Positions 25,958 to 35,669 of a DNA stretch of 64,000 bases are shown piece by piece. The stretch lies in contig JBLNEW010000043.1 of assembly GCA_050263095.1 (NCBI GenBank), positions 986 through 64,985 on the forward strand, written 5' to 3'. The position numbers were made by a program, and so were the translations under genes. The notes under the pieces are model-generated. The model ran no database searches. It was not told the DNA's origin and worked only from the letters and a program-made list of their open reading frames with translations. Positions within the stretch are counted from its first letter, which is position 1; the number at the start of each line of letters is the position of its first letter. This stretch comes from Deltaproteobacteria bacterium. GTDB lineage: Bacteria > Desulfobacterota > Deferrimicrobia > Deferrimicrobiales > Deferrimicrobiaceae.

Positions 25958-28021
25958 TCAGAATAGTATCTTGCGCAATACGTTTTCGTTTGCGTCAGTG
26001 AAAAAGACCGTCCCCTCGACGCCGGCGATCCCGGCCGGCGCGTTAAGCAGCGCCTGGGGAGCGTCGCCGTCCCGTGTCGTTGCGGCCTCGAAATTGCCGA
26101 CGAACGTCGTGACGCTGGCTGTGCTGCCGATCCTTCGAACGGCGTGGTTCCCGGTGTCGGCAAGGTAAAGGACCGATCCCACCGCCGTTATCCCGGAGGG
26201 GGAAGAGAACAGCGCGCTCCCTGCGCTGCCGTCCGCGAAACCCGCCGTGCCGGCGGTGCCGGCGAACGTCGTTGCCGTTCCCGAGGCGCCGGAGACGTTC
26301 ACCCTTCTTATCGTGTGGTTCCCCGTGTCGACGACGAAGAGGGTGGTGGCGAGGGTCGCCGCGAGGGCGGCGATCCCCTGGGGCCTGTCGAACCGGGCCA
26401 CGGAGCCGGTTCCGTTAGCGCTTCCCGGATTCCCGGCGAGGCCGGCCAGCGTGGTGACAGTACCGCCGGTCGTCACCCTCCTGACCGTGTGGTTCCCCGT
26501 GTCGGCGACATACAGGTTCGTGCCGTCGGTGGCAATCCCCTGCGGGGAATTGAAGCGGGCCGAGGAACCGGTCCCGTCCACCGAGCCCGCGCTCCCGGCG
26601 AGGCCGGCAAGAGTCGTCACCGTTCCCGCCGCCGTGATGCTCGAGATCGTGTGGTTTACATTGTCGCAGACATACAGTGTGGTCCCGATGGCGGCGATCC
26701 CGACCGGTCCGGCGAACGGTCCCAGGGTCCCCGGGACGATGGTTACGACCCCTGCGGACGTGATCTTCCGGATCGTGCCGTTGCCCGTGTCGGAGACGAA
26801 CACGTTATCCCCGATGACGACGGCGCCCGCAGGCGCGCGGAATCGCGCGGCGGATCCGGTCCCGTCGGCCGCTCCCGCATTGGGCGGGTTTCCCGCCGCG
26901 GTGGTCACCGCCCCCCCGGTCGTGATCCTGCGGACCGTGTGGTTCAGCGTGTCCGCGAGGAACAGGGAAGCGCCGTCGGATCCTATCCCCCTGGGGGTGT
27001 TGAAACCGGCTGACGTTCCCACCGGGTTGTCGGCCGACCCGGGGATCCCGGCGGTGCCGGCCAGGGTCGTCACGAATCCGGACGCGTTTATCCTGCGTAC
27101 GACGTGGTTCCGGCTGTCGGCGACGTATAGGTCGGTCCCGATCGCCGAAAGCGAGGACGGCGAGAAGAACCTGGCGAGCGGCCCGGCGACGTTGTCGGTA
27201 AAGCCGAATATCCCGGCCGCCCCCGCGAACGTGGTCGCTTCGCCGACCGCGCCGGCCGACGGCGTCAGCTTCCGTATCGTGTGGTTGCCCGTATCGGCGA
27301 CGTAGACATCCAACCCGATGACGGCGACGCCTTCGGGCGTCGAGAAGCTTGCGGACGTTCCTACGTTATCGGCGGCGCCAGGGTTTCCCGAGCCGGCGTA
27401 GGTCGTGGTTCCGCCGGAAAGCGACACCCGCCTGATCTTGTGGTTTCCCGAATCCGCCACGTACAGGAAGGTGAGGTCCGTCGCGATTCCCTTCGGAGAG
27501 GAAAACCTCGCCAGAGTCGCAATATCGTTGTCGACGGCCCCCGACGCTCCCGGGGAGCCCGCAAGCGTCGTTACCGAGCCGCTGGTGGAAACAATTCTGC
27601 GGATCGTGTGGTTCCCCGTGTCGCAGACGAACAGTACGGCGCCCAGGGCCACGATTCCCGCCGGCGACCTGAACCGCGCCGCCGCGCCCGTTCCGGCCGG
27701 GTCGTCCGCCGAGCCCGGGACGCCGGCTTTGCCCGCCAGGGTGGTGACGGCGCCGGTGACGGTGTCGATCCGGCGTATTACATGATTCGCGGCGTCGGCG
27801 ACGAAGAGATTGGTGCCGACGGCGGCTACGCCGGAAGGAGACGAGAACCGGACGAGCGCCCCGGTGCCGTCGAAGAATCCCGCTCCCCCCGCGGCGCCTG
27901 CAAGCGTAGCCACGGATTCCGCGGTTTCGGATTCGACGGTTCCGCATCCTGAAAGAACCGTAAGGCATGCGCATGCGAAGATGGCCGCACGGGCAAACGA
28001 TCCAAAGGACGAACGCGGCAT
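25958..28021 (-). CDS. NHL-repeat (beta-propeller) lipoprotein
   Basis: Lipobox LSGC; about 12 repeats of F.SP.GI.....LYVADTGNHTIRR....G.VTTLAG; alternative start 28066. Confidence 0.88.
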   Translation of the reverse strand: MPRSSFGSFARAAIFACACLTVLSGCGTVESETAESVATLAGAAGGAGFFDGTGALVRFSSPSGVAAVGTNLFVADAANHVIRRIDTVTGAVTTLAGKAGVPGSADDPAGTGAAARFRSPAGIVALGAVLFVCDTGNHTIRRIVSTSGSVTTLAGSPGASGAVDNDIATLARFSSPKGIATDLTFLYVADSGNHKIRRVSLSGGTTTYAGSGNPGAADNVGTSASFSTPEGVAVIGLDVYVADTGNHTIRKLTPSAGAVGEATTFAGAAGIFGFTDNVAGPLARFFSPSSLSAIGTDLYVADSRNHVVRRINASGFVTTLAGTAGIPGSADNPVGTSAGFNTPRGIGSDGASLFLADTLNHTVRRITTGGAVTTAAGNPPNAGAADGTGSAARFRAPAGAVVIGDNVFVSDTGNGTIRKITSAGVVTIVPGTLGPFAGPVGIAAIGTTLYVCDNVNHTISSITAAGTVTTLAGLAGSAGSVDGTGSSARFNSPQGIATDGTNLYVADTGNHTVRRVTTGGTVTTLAGLAGNPGSANGTGSVARFDRPQGIAALAATLATTLFVVDTGNHTIRRVNVSGASGTATTFAGTAGTAGFADGSAGSALFSSPSGITAVGSVLYLADTGNHAVRRIGSTASVTTFVGNFEAATTRDGDAPQALLNAPAGIAGVEGTVFFTDANENVLRKILF

Positions 28022-28075
28022 CGCCTTTCTCCCTTCCGCGGCAGCCTGCGACGCGCCGCGGCACATGCGGCTATA

Positions 28076-28612
28076 TTATTCCTTGCCGAGCGCCGATACG
28101 AGCGCTTTTCCGAAGTCGCGCGCCGCCGGAGGCCCGTTGGCGGTCACGATCTTCCCGGAGACCACTACGGGCTTCCCCACGAACACCGCTCCGCCTTTCT
28201 GCATTTCCTTCTTCGATGCCTCGGTCTCGTAGCATGTTGCCTCGACGCCCTTGAGCACGCCCGCTATGGCCAGGGTCGCGCCGGACAGGCAGATCCCTCC
28301 GACGACCTTGCCCGCTGCCTTCGCCTCGCGGAGAAGCCTGTGGAGGTCTTCGTCGTTCCAAAGGTGTTCCGGCGTCCCCCGGCCTCCTATGACGACAACG
28401 GCGTTGTAATCGGATGCCCTGGCATCCCGGATCCTTACGTCGGGATTCTCAACGGCCCCCAGCATCCCCTTGGCGGGCGCCCTCTCGCGGGCCGCTATCG
28501 CGACTCCCGCGCCGGCATCGGCGACCTCCTCGCGCGGGTGAGCCAGCTCCTCGTCCCGGAAGTTCTCCTGGCAAATGACGAACAGCACCTTTTTCCCTTC
28601 CAGCGGCTTCAT
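28076..28612 (-). CDS. DJ-1/PfpI family protein
   Basis: NFRDEEL..P, VVIGG, GICLSG nucleophile elbow, IVTANGP. Confidence 0.9.
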   Translation of the reverse strand: MKPLEGKKVLFVICQENFRDEELAHPREEVADAGAGVAIAARERAPAKGMLGAVENPDVRIRDARASDYNAVVVIGGRGTPEHLWNDEDLHRLLREAKAAGKVVGGICLSGATLAIAGVLKGVEATCYETEASKKEMQKGGAVFVGKPVVVSGKIVTANGPPAARDFGKALVSALGKE

Positions 28613-28736
28613 TCCTGGCCCCTCCTTTCCTGATAAGGATTCGTCGTCGCAGTCTCTTCCATTGTAACTCCGCCGGGAAATCGTCTATCTTTCTCTGAAA
28701 GGATCGGAAAAATCTTCCATGGAAGAGAGGAGCGCG

Positions 28737-29156
28737 ATGAAGGACACGCTGAAAGTCGGATTGACGCACACGCACAAATTCCGCGTGCCGGAGAACAAGA
28801 CGGTGCCGTACCTTTACCCGGAGGCCAAGCCGTTCCAGGAGATGCCCAAGGTGTTCGCCACCGGCTTCATGGTCGGCCTGATGGAGTGGGCATGCATCGA
28901 AGCCATGGCGCCCCACCTGGACCCGGGGGAAGGCAGCGTCGGAACGCTCGTTAACGTGACGCACACCGCCGCGACTCCGCCCGGCATGGAGGTGACGGTC
29001 CTGGTCCGGTGCATCGGCGTGGAAGGCCGGCGGACCGTGTGGGAAATAGAGGCGAAGGACGAGGTCGAGGGGATAGGGAAGGGGACGCACGAGCGGTTCA
29101 CCGTCGACTTCGCCAAGTTCAACGCCCGCGTTGCGAAGAAGGCCGGCGGGGCGTAA
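28737..29156 (+). CDS. Hotdog-fold thioesterase (fluoroacetyl-CoA thioesterase FlK-like)
   Basis: VFATGFMVGLMEWAC, SVGT.VNVTHTAATPPG, GTHER. Confidence 0.88.
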   Translation: MKDTLKVGLTHTHKFRVPENKTVPYLYPEAKPFQEMPKVFATGFMVGLMEWACIEAMAPHLDPGEGSVGTLVNVTHTAATPPGMEVTVLVRCIGVEGRRTVWEIEAKDEVEGIGKGTHERFTVDFAKFNARVAKKAGGA

Positions 29157-29180
29157 TGCCGGCGCGGAAGTAGCCGATAT
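29154..29180 (+). promoter_or_regulatory. Candidate sigma28 promoter upstream of korAB-like operon
   Basis: TAAT-N15-GCCGATAT. Confidence 0.45.
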
Positions 29181-29286
29181 GTAAAACATTGTTTAATGGC
29201 CCCCCTTCAAGCGCGAATGGTGCATGAGGCACGCGGCAACGGAACCGGGACTTGGGCGCAGTCATCAATAAAGCAGGGGGTCCGTT

Positions 29287-31044
29287 ATGGGAACAGACTT
29301 GAACATTCGGATCACCGGCGGCGCGGGGCAGGGCGTCCATACCGTCGGATCGATCGTCTCCCGGATGGCGGTCCTGTGGGGGTATCATTTCCACGCAACC
29401 CAGGACTACATGAGCCGGATAAGGGGCGGTCGCAACTCCTATACCGTGCGGATCGGTTCCGACCCGGTGCGCGCCGGCAGGGAAGAGGCGGACCTCCTGC
29501 TGTGCCTCGACCCGGCTCATCTCGATTATTTCCTATCCAGGCTGTCCAAGGGCGGACTGGCGCTTGCGGACGTTCCGTCCGCGCCTGCGCCGGTCCTTTC
29601 GGTCCCTCTCAAGCAGATGGCCGTTTCGGCCGGTAGTCCCATACTGGCGAACATGGCGGGGGCCGGCATCATCGCGCGCGCCCTGGGAATTCCGCTGGAG
29701 GCGCTGGCCCCGCTCCTGGCCGCCGACTTCAAGGGAGATTTCCTCGAGAAGAACCGGAAGGCGTTCGCCCTGGGGGATGAATGGGCAAATGAGCGCATAG
29801 GGGACCGACTCCGTCTTCCGCGCGCCCCGTTTTCTCCCCGGGTGGTGATGTCCGGCAACGAAGCGATCGCCATCGGAGCGCTTGCCGGAGGCTGCAAGTT
29901 CGCCGCCGGGTACCCCATGACGCCGGGAACGGGGGTCCTGTCCGTGCTGGCGGACAACGGCCCCGCATCCGGGCTGGTATTCGAGCAGGCGGAAGACGAG
30001 ATAGCGGCGCTCAACATGGCGATAGGCGCATCCTACGCCGGCGCGCGCTCCATGGTGGCGACGTCGGGAGGCGGATTCGCACTGATGGTGGAGGCACTCT
30101 CCCTGGCCGGCATGCTGGAGACCCCGGTGGTCCTTTATATAGGGATGCGGCCGGGACCCGCTACCGGCATGCCCACCCGGACCGAGCAGGGCGAGCTCGA
30201 CTTCATCCTGTCCGCGGGGCATGGCGAGTTCCCCAGGCTCGTCCTTACGCCGGGCTCCCCGGAGGAGGCATTCGACCTTGCGCAGCACGCGATGGACCTG
30301 GCCGAGGAGTTCCAGGTCCCGGCCATCCTCCTGTCCGACCAGTACCTGGCGGACACGATACTCGACATGGACCCGGCTTCATTCGAGATTCGACCCGCGC
30401 GCAGGCACGTCGTCAGGGGGGCTGAGATTCGCCGCGGGGCGAACGGAAAGTATCTCAGGTACGCGGCGACCGCTGACGGCGTCTCCCCGATGGCGGTTCC
30501 CGGCGAGCCGGGAATCTCCGTGGTGACGGGCAGCGATGAGCACACGGAAGACGGGCACCTCACGGAGAACCACGGCGTCCGGATCCTGATGGTCGAGAAA
30601 AGGCGGCGGAAGGGAGAGTCGCTTGCGCTGAGAAGGCTCCCCCCGCTGTTGTCCGGATCGCCCAACGGCGATGCCGTCCTGATCGGGTTCGGATCGACGA
30701 AAGACGTGATCGGGGAGACCGTCAGGCTCCTGGCCGCGGACGGGATCGCGGCGGCTGCGGTACACCTGCGGCAGGTGTGGCCCTTCCCCGCGAAGGAGAT
30801 GGCGGAAATCGCGTCCCGCTACGAGGTGGCGCTCACGGTTGAGAACAACATCACGGGCCAGCTCGCCAGGCTGATCAGGAGGGAGTCCGGCGTGGAGGTA
30901 GCGGGAACGATCTCCCGCTACGACGGACTGCCCTTCACTCCCGGGGCGCTGGCGCCGGAAGCGAGGAAAAGGATATGGGAAGCCCGTTCGACACGGACGT
31001 CGAGAACGCGTGGTGCACAGGCTGCGGAAACTTCGGGATCCTGA
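29287..31044 (+). CDS. 2-oxoacid:acceptor (ferredoxin) oxidoreductase subunit alpha (gamma-alpha fusion)
   Basis: GGAGQG, SRIRGG, GNEAIAIGA, AGYPMTP, QAEDEIAA, TSGGGF, RPGPATGMPTRTEQGEL. Confidence 0.93.
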   Translation: MGTDLNIRITGGAGQGVHTVGSIVSRMAVLWGYHFHATQDYMSRIRGGRNSYTVRIGSDPVRAGREEADLLLCLDPAHLDYFLSRLSKGGLALADVPSAPAPVLSVPLKQMAVSAGSPILANMAGAGIIARALGIPLEALAPLLAADFKGDFLEKNRKAFALGDEWANERIGDRLRLPRAPFSPRVVMSGNEAIAIGALAGGCKFAAGYPMTPGTGVLSVLADNGPASGLVFEQAEDEIAALNMAIGASYAGARSMVATSGGGFALMVEALSLAGMLETPVVLYIGMRPGPATGMPTRTEQGELDFILSAGHGEFPRLVLTPGSPEEAFDLAQHAMDLAEEFQVPAILLSDQYLADTILDMDPASFEIRPARRHVVRGAEIRRGANGKYLRYAATADGVSPMAVPGEPGISVVTGSDEHTEDGHLTENHGVRILMVEKRRRKGESLALRRLPPLLSGSPNGDAVLIGFGSTKDVIGETVRLLAADGIAAAAVHLRQVWPFPAKEMAEIASRYEVALTVENNITGQLARLIRRESGVEVAGTISRYDGLPFTPGALAPEARKRIWEARSTRTSRTRGAQAAETSGS

Positions 31045-31835
31045 ACGCGGTAAAAAAGGCGCTGGAGATGCTGGGGCGGGAGAAGCACGAGATCGTGCTC
31101 GTCTCGGGGATCGGGCAGGCCGCGAAGCTTCCCCACTATGTCGACGTCAATGTGTTCGACGGCCTGCACGGCAGGGCGCTGCCTGCGGCCGCCGGCATCA
31201 AGATGTCCAACCCGTCGCTGACCGTCGTCGTGACGAGCGGTGACGGCGACATCTACGGCGAGGGCGGGAACCACTTCATCCACAATATCCGCCGCAACGT
31301 CGACATCGCCTTGTTCGTCCACGACAACCAGGTCTACGGCCTGACCAAGGGGCAGCCGTCTCCTACCAGCGATACCGGATGGACCGGCTCGCTCAACCGG
31401 TCGGGCGTCATTTCGGGGCCGTTCCCACCGCTGGCGGTGGCCGTATCGCTGGGCTGCGGATTCGTGGCGAGGGGATACGCGGCCGACGTGGATTTCACGG
31501 CGGACCTGATGCTGGAGGCGATCCGGTTCAAGGGGTTCGCCCTGGTCGACATACTTCAGCCTTGCGTGACTTTCAACAAGAAGAACACCTACCAGTGGTA
31601 CGGGAGGATGGTATACAAGATCCCGCCGGAGCACGACGCGCGGGACCGGATGAAGGCGTTCGCGCTCGCGCTGGAATGGGAGGAGCGGATTCCCATCGGC
31701 GTCCTGTACCGTGTGGAGCGCCCCGCCTTCGAGGAGCTGCATCCTGCCATAGGGGGACCTCCTCTGCACGCACGGGAAACCTCCGCGGAGACCGTCCGGG
31801 AGATGCTGCGTAAGCGGACCCTGCAGCCGGGCTGA
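30975..31835 (+). CDS. 2-oxoacid:ferredoxin oxidoreductase subunit beta
   Basis: WCTGCGNFGI, SGIG, LHGRALP, TPP motif GDGD...DNQVYGLTKGQ, QPCVTFN. Confidence 0.93.
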   Translation: MGSPFDTDVENAWCTGCGNFGILNAVKKALEMLGREKHEIVLVSGIGQAAKLPHYVDVNVFDGLHGRALPAAAGIKMSNPSLTVVVTSGDGDIYGEGGNHFIHNIRRNVDIALFVHDNQVYGLTKGQPSPTSDTGWTGSLNRSGVISGPFPPLAVAVSLGCGFVARGYAADVDFTADLMLEAIRFKGFALVDILQPCVTFNKKNTYQWYGRMVYKIPPEHDARDRMKAFALALEWEERIPIGVLYRVERPAFEELHPAIGGPPLHARETSAETVREMLRKRTLQPG

Positions 31836-31836
31836 T

Positions 31837-32106
31837 TCAGGTTTTCTTCTTTTTCGTGGAGGCGGGAGCGGGGGTAGGGTAATTTTTCACTTCTTCCTGC
31901 CTGCGACGGTCGGCCTGCGTCCCGAAAAAACCGATGCCCACGATCGTGGCCAGGATGGCTGCCGCGTAGGCCGCCGTCGCCAGGATGGAATCGGCCTGCT
32001 GGAGCCCTTCGCTCAGGTACCGTATGATTCCGTATATCGACAAGCCCACGAAGATCGTCACGCAGAAGTGAAACCCGAAAATTGCAAACGGCTTCGGAAC
32101 CTGCAT
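31837..32106 (-). CDS. Small 2-TM hypothetical membrane protein
   Basis: SD AGGGGG; two hydrophobic helices and basic tail; fills the gap between korB and rmuC. Confidence 0.65.
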   Translation of the reverse strand: MQVPKPFAIFGFHFCVTIFVGLSIYGIIRYLSEGLQQADSILATAAYAAAILATIVGIGFFGTQADRRRQEEVKNYPTPAPASTKKKKT

Positions 32107-32146
32107 GCATCCCCCTTTTCGGTTTTCTTGGTATAGTTATCCTACC

Positions 32147-33244
32147 ATGGAAGCCCTTCCGGTCCTGACGCTGGTCGTCGCGGCGGCGACGCTCCTCGCC
32201 GTTCTGCTGCGCCGGCCGCCTGATTCCCGCGAGCGGATGGACCAGCTGGAAAAAGGCTTCACAGACGCGCTCCGCGCCAGCGCATCCGACCTTGCCCGCG
32301 CGCAGGCCGACTCCTCGGCGCGGATCCGCCAGGAAGTATCGGAGAACCTGCTCAAGGGGATCGACGACATTTCCCGCAGGATAGAGGAACGGCTCTCGGA
32401 AATACGCGTCGAAGTCGCGCGGGAGCTGTCGGAGACGGCCGACCGCAACCTCAAAGGATTCGACCAGGTGGCGGGGCACCTCAAGGAGCTGTCCGCGGCC
32501 ACGGGGCAGGTGGTGCTGCTGTCCCGGGACATCAACCAGCTTAACGTACTGCTCACCCAGCCGAAGGCGCGCGGGGCGTTCGGGGAGCTCACCCTTTCAC
32601 AGATGCTGTCCGACCTGTTCGGGGACCACGCCGACATGTTCGAGCTCCAGTTCCAGATGGAGTGGGGGGAGCGGGCCGACGCGGCCGTATTCGTGAGGCC
32701 GGACCGGAGCCAGTTCGTCTGCGTGGACGCGAAATTCCCGATGTCCAACGCGCAGCCGCTGATGGAAGGGGAGATCGACGAAGCTGCCCGGAGGGACTAT
32801 GAGAAGGCATTCGCCCGCGACGTGCTGATACAGGCCGAATCGATCCGCTCGAAATACATCCGGCCTCCCGTGACGCTGGATTTCGCATTCCTCTTCGTCC
32901 CCGCCGAGTCCGTCTATTACCTCGTCCTTCGCAACCGGGCCCTCCACGAGCAGCTCCTGAAGCTCCAGGTGATCCCCACGTCCCCCAACAGCTTCTACGC
33001 GTATCTGCAGGCGCTTGCGTTCGCCTTCCGGGGATTCAAGATCGAGCAGAAGACCAGGGAGATCCAGGCGCTCCTGGAGCGCGTGGGGAAAGATTTCGAG
33101 AAGTTCGCCGACAACTTCAGGCTCTTCGGGAGGCACCTGGACAACGCCCAGGCCAGGTACATGGAGTCGGTGAGGGACGTGGAGCGGTTCCGGGCGCGGA
33201 TCGGCTCCTTGAGGAGCGGGGAGGGGGAGCTGCCTGAGGGGTGA
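32147..33244 (+). CDS. rmuC: DNA recombination protein RmuC family
   Basis: N-terminal TM plus coiled coil; PKARGAFGELTL, D...VDAKFP, KYI.PP.T.DFAFLFVPAESVY, SPNS. Confidence 0.9.
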   Translation: MEALPVLTLVVAAATLLAVLLRRPPDSRERMDQLEKGFTDALRASASDLARAQADSSARIRQEVSENLLKGIDDISRRIEERLSEIRVEVARELSETADRNLKGFDQVAGHLKELSAATGQVVLLSRDINQLNVLLTQPKARGAFGELTLSQMLSDLFGDHADMFELQFQMEWGERADAAVFVRPDRSQFVCVDAKFPMSNAQPLMEGEIDEAARRDYEKAFARDVLIQAESIRSKYIRPPVTLDFAFLFVPAESVYYLVLRNRALHEQLLKLQVIPTSPNSFYAYLQALAFAFRGFKIEQKTREIQALLERVGKDFEKFADNFRLFGRHLDNAQARYMESVRDVERFRARIGSLRSGEGELPEG

Positions 33245-33260
33245 GGCGGCTCCGCCCCCC

Positions 33261-34022
33261 TTACCGGTCGAGCTGTGCGTGAAGCCTGCCGCGCAGCCGG
33301 AGGACCGCCTGTGCGTGCAGCTGGCAGATGCGCGGTTCACCGAGGCGGAAGATCTCGCTGATCTCGCGCATGGTCAGGTCTTCGTAATAGTAAAGGGCTA
33401 TAAGCTGTTTTTCCCTTTCGGGAAGCGTGTCGATCGACTTGGCCAGCACTTCCTTGAGGTCCCGAAGCAGCTCCTCTTCCCGCGCTTCGTCCTTCGCCGC
33501 CTCGGATAGGTAGTACTGGATGCCCGCGCCGTCCCCGTCCTCCTGGGATTCGTCGTGGGAAAGGACCGACAGCCCCGAGAGCATCGCCAGCTTTTTCCGC
33601 AGCTCGTCCAGCGAGATCCCCAGGTCTGCGGCTACCTCATCTTCCTCGGGGGGGCGGCCGAGAAGTCCTTCGAGCCGGGAGTACGCGTTCTGCAGACGGG
33701 TGGATGACTGGCGTATAGACCGGGGGAACCAGTCCATCTCCCGGAGATAGTCGAGCATGGTTCCGCGGATCCTGAATTCCGCATACGTCTTGAACTTGAT
33801 CCCGCGAGAGGGGTCGAACCGATCGACGGCGTCGAGCAGCCCGACGATTCCCGAGCTTACGAGGTCGTCCATCTCGATGTTCGGCGGGACGCGCATCTTG
33901 ATGCGCGCCGCGTGATATTTGATCGTGGGGATGAATTCGTTTACCAGCGCATCCCTGTCGACCGCCGGAGGTGGGGGCGCCGCCTGACGTCGGCATGCCG
34001 TCACGGCTTCTCTCGGGGCCAT
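33261..34022 (-). CDS. fliA: FliA/WhiG family (sigma28) RNA polymerase sigma factor
   Basis: [50 protein letters not shown]; region 4 [12 protein letters not shown]...RICQLH; SD AGGAG before ATG 34022. Confidence 0.92.
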   Translation of the reverse strand: MAPREAVTACRRQAAPPPPAVDRDALVNEFIPTIKYHAARIKMRVPPNIEMDDLVSSGIVGLLDAVDRFDPSRGIKFKTYAEFRIRGTMLDYLREMDWFPRSIRQSSTRLQNAYSRLEGLLGRPPEEDEVAADLGISLDELRKKLAMLSGLSVLSHDESQEDGDGAGIQYYLSEAAKDEAREEELLRDLKEVLAKSIDTLPEREKQLIALYYYEDLTMREISEIFRLGEPRICQLHAQAVLRLRGRLHAQLDR

Positions 34023-34072
34023 ATCTGCTCCTCTCTTCGAGCGGACGTTCGTGGAATTCGCTCCGAGTAAGA

Positions 34073-34087
34073 GCAACAGGCATGCCA
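34073..34087 (-). promoter_or_regulatory. Sigma54 promoter of fliA
   Basis: Minus strand TGGCAT-GCCTG-TTGC. Confidence 0.8.
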
Positions 34088-34163
34088 AGGATGTAATGGC
34101 CAATATTTTATTGAAATATAATGAGATTATGCTGCTGGAGACCGGGACGACGACGCAAGGGCA

Positions 34164-34196
34164 GTCAAATAATTGACAATAGTTCAGGCGTCTGAC
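34164..34196. promoter_or_regulatory. FleQ-box-like enhancer sites
   Basis: Palindrome GTCAAATAATTGAC (34164-34177) and degenerate TTCAGGCGTCTGAC (34183-34196), about 100-135 bp upstream of the fliA +1. Confidence 0.6.
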
Positions 34197-35575
34197 AATT
34201 CTTGGCAGCCTCGCTGCCTTCGCTTGAGCATCTCGAGAAGGGTAGTCCGCTTCAGCCCCAGGAGGGCGGCGGCCTTGTTCTTGTTGCCCTTGGTAAGGGC
34301 CATGGCGTGTGCGATCAGGTGGTCCTGGAACGCTTCCGTCGTCTTGCGGAAATCGATTCCGTCGACGCCGAATTCCACCCCCGAGGTGATGCGTATCGCG
34401 GCGCTGTCCCGCATGGCGGGAGGGAGGTCGCTCTTTTCCATCCACCCTTCGTTCTTCAGTACGACCAGCCGTTCCACCAGGTTTTCCAGCTCCCTGATGT
34501 TTCCCGGCCAGGAGTATCGCATCATGGCTTCCATCGCCTCCGGGCGGAATCCGGGGTGATGGCGGCCCGTCTTCCGGTTCCACTTGGCGAGGAAATGCCC
34601 GGCCAGGACCGGCACGTCGTCGATGCGCTCGCGCAGGGCGGGAAGGTGGATGGGGATCACGTTCAGCCGGAAGAAGAGGTCCTGGCGGAAACGCCCCGCG
34701 GCGATCTCCTTCTCGAGATCCCTGTTGGTCGCGGCTATGACGCGTACGTCCACGTTCACAGTCTTGGTTCCGCCCACCGGGATGAACGACTGGTCCTGGA
34801 GGACTCTCAAAAGCTTCACCTGCAGGGACGGGCTCATCTCGCCGATCTCATCCAGAAAGATCGTCCCCCGGTTGGCCATTTCGAACCGGCCGCTGCGCTC
34901 GACGTGCGCGCCCGTATAAGCCCCCTTGACGTGGCCGAACAGCTCGCTTTCCAGAAGCTCGGCCGGTATGGCGGAGCAGTTCACGGGCACGAGAATCCGG
35001 TCCGCCCGCTTGCTGTTGTAGTGGACTGCGCGTGCGATCAGCTCCTTTCCTGTCCCGCTCTCGCCCAGGATAAGGATTGTCGAGTCGGTGGCGGCGACCT
35101 TCCGGACCAGGTCCAGCACCTGCCGGATCGGCTCGCTCAAGCCTACTATGTTCTCGAACGTGTAATGCCTTATCGCCTGGGTCTTTAGGTGTACGTTCTC
35201 CTTCCGCACTGCTGTGAACTCCAGCGCCCGCCCGACGAGGTTTGCGACTTCCACCACCTTGAACGGCTTGGTGATGTAGTGGAATGCTCCGAGCTTCATC
35301 GCCTGAACCGCGTTCTCGACTGTGGCGAACGCAGTCATAAGTATGACTTCGCACTTGGGCAGGACCTTCTTTGCGTGGGCAAGGACCGCCAAGCCGTCGA
35401 CACCGGGCATCATGAAGTCGGTCAGGACCACGTCGATGTCGGTCCGGTCGATGATCGAGATCGCCTCGCTGCCGGATTTGGCCAGGTGGAGGCGGATGTC
35501 CGGCGAGGCAAATACTTCCTTCAGAAGGGAAATGGTGTTTTCTTCGTCGTCGGCGATAAGCAGCGTTTTGGGCAT
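34184..35575 (-). CDS. Sigma54-dependent response regulator (REC-AAA+-Fis HTH; NtrC/FleQ-like)
   Basis: Receiver DDE..D..T..KP; GESGTGKE, ESELFGHVKGAYTGA, FLDEIGEM, RVIAATN, WPGNIRELEN, GNKNKAAALLG. Confidence 0.93.
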   Translation of the reverse strand: MPKTLLIADDEENTISLLKEVFASPDIRLHLAKSGSEAISIIDRTDIDVVLTDFMMPGVDGLAVLAHAKKVLPKCEVILMTAFATVENAVQAMKLGAFHYITKPFKVVEVANLVGRALEFTAVRKENVHLKTQAIRHYTFENIVGLSEPIRQVLDLVRKVAATDSTILILGESGTGKELIARAVHYNSKRADRILVPVNCSAIPAELLESELFGHVKGAYTGAHVERSGRFEMANRGTIFLDEIGEMSPSLQVKLLRVLQDQSFIPVGGTKTVNVDVRVIAATNRDLEKEIAAGRFRQDLFFRLNVIPIHLPALRERIDDVPVLAGHFLAKWNRKTGRHHPGFRPEAMEAMMRYSWPGNIRELENLVERLVVLKNEGWMEKSDLPPAMRDSAAIRITSGVEFGVDGIDFRKTTEAFQDHLIAHAMALTKGNKNKAAALLGLKRTTLLEMLKRRQRGCQELSDA

Positions 35576-35599
35576 ATGCCGATTTTACCGCGGTTTGGA

Positions 35600-35627
35600 T
35601 AAAGTTTCGCTACGATTCGGTCGATAT
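35600..35627 (+). promoter_or_regulatory. Sigma28 promoter of flgM
   Basis: TAAAGTTT...GTCGATAT (TAAA-N16-GTCGATAT). Confidence 0.75.
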
Positions 35628-35669
35628 GCACCCTGCAGGCAGAAACTGCCCACCGGAGGCCTATTTCGC

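Noticed and set aside
25958-27900. Internal ~165-bp periodicity
   Set aside because: Explained by protein-level NHL repeats
34141-34200. c-di-GMP-I riboswitch (GACGCAAGG resembles GACGCAAAG)
   Set aside because: No GGCAAA...GAAA P2 hairpin, wrong strand for fliA, and the region is better explained as enhancer sites
34023-34583. 187-codon N-terminal extension of fliA or possible EBP-FliA frameshift fusion
   Set aside because: Runs through the sigma54 promoter and off-frame through the EBP gene; a good SD and ATG exist at 34022; no slippery site noticed
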